Assembly (NCBI GenBank): GCA_000025185.1
Contig: CP001848.1
Location: 2,400,001-2,432,000 of the forward strand
DNA: 32,000 nucleotides
Direction: 5' to 3'
DNA from: Pirellula staleyi DSM 6068
GTDB lineage: Bacteria > Planctomycetota > Planctomycetia > Pirellulales > Pirellulaceae
Below the pieces are notes generated by a model. That model was not told the origin of the DNA. It saw nothing but the letters and a program-made list of their open reading frames with translations, and did not search any database. The position numbers and the translations under genes are program-made. How positions within the stretch are numbered: the first letter of the stretch is position 1; every line of letters begins with the position of its first letter. Below, piece after piece: positions 30,662-32,000 of the stretch.

Positions 30662-32000
30662 TTATCGGCGCCGTTTGAGGACGCCGAGCGATCTATCTTC
30701 TGCAAGCAGATCGACGGCCCACTGGTCGACGTATGAAGCCAGCGAACTACTGCCACTAAGGGCGAGCCACTCGGCATCGTCGTCGGTTAGCGGAAGTGTT
30801 AGTTCGCTAGTTGCAGCCGAGGAAGTGACCGGAATCGCGAGGAGCAGATCATAAACCTCGGCCGAAGGTTCTCCTTCGCCAGCTGGTCCGCCGGGCAATT
30901 CGATGATCGTTCCGCTGGAACCACCACCCGACGATCCACCACCGCTACCCGAGCCACCATCTCCAGTGCCGCCTTCGCCTGTCCCACTGCCGCCGGTTCC
31001 ACCGTCGCCAGTTCCGCCGTCGCCAGTTCCGCCGTCGCCGGAACCGTTATTGCCACCTTCATCTGGCGGCTCTGATTCACCGACGATAGCCGGGGTCGAG
31101 CCATTGAGATTCAGGTGGTTGATCACCAGCAGAGCGTCGAACGGAGTGCAGCGACCATCGTTGTTGACATCGATGAAGTAGTTGCCGTCGGGCCGAATCG
31201 CTGGGAGTGTGGGGTTTTGACCGTACTGGTTGAGCCAGTTGATGACCAGCAGCGCATCGAACGGGGTGATGTAGCGATCGTCGCTGACGTTCAGTGGATC
31301 GAAAGGATTGGTCCAAGGATTGCCCGGAGGAGCAAAACCAAAGTTCACATCGCTCGTCGTTTCCCCGGCGCTCACGATCACTTCCGCTTCGGAGCCGAGA
31401 GCGGTAGTCGGTTCGTACGTGGGGAGAACTTCGATGGCAACGTTGAACGTTCCCGAAGGAAGGAGCGGCAGCACATACGCGCCGTTGGCGTCGGTGACTG
31501 TCGAAGTCGCCGGGCCCACTTCGAGCGAATCGAGCACCACTTCGGTACCCATGTGACCGCGAGCAATCACGTAGCTGATGTCGGCGTCGGGACGCTCGAT
31601 ACGCATCACTTCGCTGCTGCTGCCAGTGAGCTCGCTCGTGGTGTAACGTTCGATCAGCTTGCCGGTGGCGTCGTACGCTTCCAGGCGTCCGTAGCTGGCC
31701 GTTCCGCCGCTATAGGCCTTGATGCTGACACTCGACTGCGGAGTATCGAATTCGATTTTCAGAAAGCGGGTGGAGCTCCAGGTTTCGCGAACGTTGCCGA
31801 ACACGGCGCTACGTCCACCAAAAACCTTGCCAGCCGAGGGCTGAATCGTCGCCACCACCGCAGTAACATCGCGGTTCGAGGCGAGCGAATCGCCACCTTG
31901 AACGCTCAGGCGGATTCCGGCGAGCTGCGTCGACAGGACGTGGCTGTTGGCATAGTCGTTCGGCTCGAGCACGTGCGACAGCTGCAGCGGTTGACCTAGG
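30662..32000 (-). CDS. surface protein with dockerin-like repeats and Gly-rich tract; probably 5'-truncated by the window edge
   Basis: The frame remains open upstream of the GTG at 31972 to base 32000. It contains EPNDYANSH (PPC-like start), DANGAYVLPLLPSGTFNVAIEV (SdrD-B/Cna-like) and two dockerin-like units (ITPFDALLVINWLNQYG; DVNNDGRCTPFDALLVINHLNLNG). A tract GGNNGSGDGGTGDGGTGDGGTGGSGTGEGGTGDGGSGSGGGSSGGGSSG follows. Confidence 0.75.
   Translation of the reverse strand, partial: LGQPLQLSHVLEPNDYANSHVLSTQLAGIRLSVQGGDSLASNRDVTAVVATIQPSAGKVFGGRSAVFGNVRETWSSTRFLKIEFDTPQSSVSIKAYSGGTASYGRLEAYDATGKLIERYTTSELTGSSSEVMRIERPDADISYVIARGHMGTEVVLDSLEVGPATSTVTDANGAYVLPLLPSGTFNVAIEVLPTYEPTTALGSEAEVIVSAGETTSDVNFGFAPPGNPWTNPFDPLNVSDDRYITPFDALLVINWLNQYGQNPTLPAIRPDGNYFIDVNNDGRCTPFDALLVINHLNLNGSTPAIVGESEPPDEGGNNGSGDGGTGDGGTGDGGTGGSGTGEGGTGDGGSGSGGGSSGGGSSGTIIELPGGPAGEGEPSAEVYDLLLAIPVTSSAATSELTLPLTDDDAEWLALSGSSSLASYVDQWAVDLLAEDRSLGVLKRRR
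30996..31040 (-). repeat. 3 x 15-nt tandem repeat (GTTCCRCCGTCGCCR on the plus strand) encoding GDGGT units
   Basis: Three near-identical adjacent 15-mers read directly from the sequence. The flanks are degenerate copies. Confidence 0.8.

Overview
GC-rich bacterial chromosomal segment. The gene content points to Planctomycetota, probably Pirellulales-like: a DUF1559 prepilin-like protein, dockerin-like 'DVNNDG..PFDALLVIN' repeats, a 'DPYHELLGIP..EQPPTHYRLLGL' J-like N-terminal module and a 3,156-aa ORF. Gene order: fadB-like 3-hydroxyacyl-CoA dehydrogenase (5' partial), thiolase, a D-threonine aldolase/D-serine dehydratase-like PLP enzyme, then on the minus strand an ECF sigma factor translationally coupled to a giant single-pass FecR-VIT-VWA-helical-repeat protein. 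Next come a divergent secreted hypothetical protein and a housekeeping run (rpmA, obg, coaX, a divergent phosphoglycerate-kinase-like gene), followed by an orphan HPt protein. After that lies an accessory locus: an exported protein of about 30% Cys built from CCKPx pentads, convergent with a minus-strand operon of Cys-rich membrane protein, DUF1559, PepSY-TM and small lipoprotein. The window ends with tRNA-Leu(CAA), a 1,023-aa J-like/TM/Pro-rich/NPCBM-like protein, a Tat-signal chalcone-isomerase-like protein, an M19 membrane dipeptidase and a dockerin-like Gly-rich surface protein that runs off the edge. I saw no rRNA, CRISPR array, transposase or integrase. The two best candidates for something undescribed are the Cys-rich/PepSY locus (about 20.1-24.7 kb) and the ECF sigma plus 3,156-aa sensor pair (3.4-13.5 kb). 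All domain calls come from reading motifs by eye. No database search was run, and sub-gene domain coordinates are approximate.
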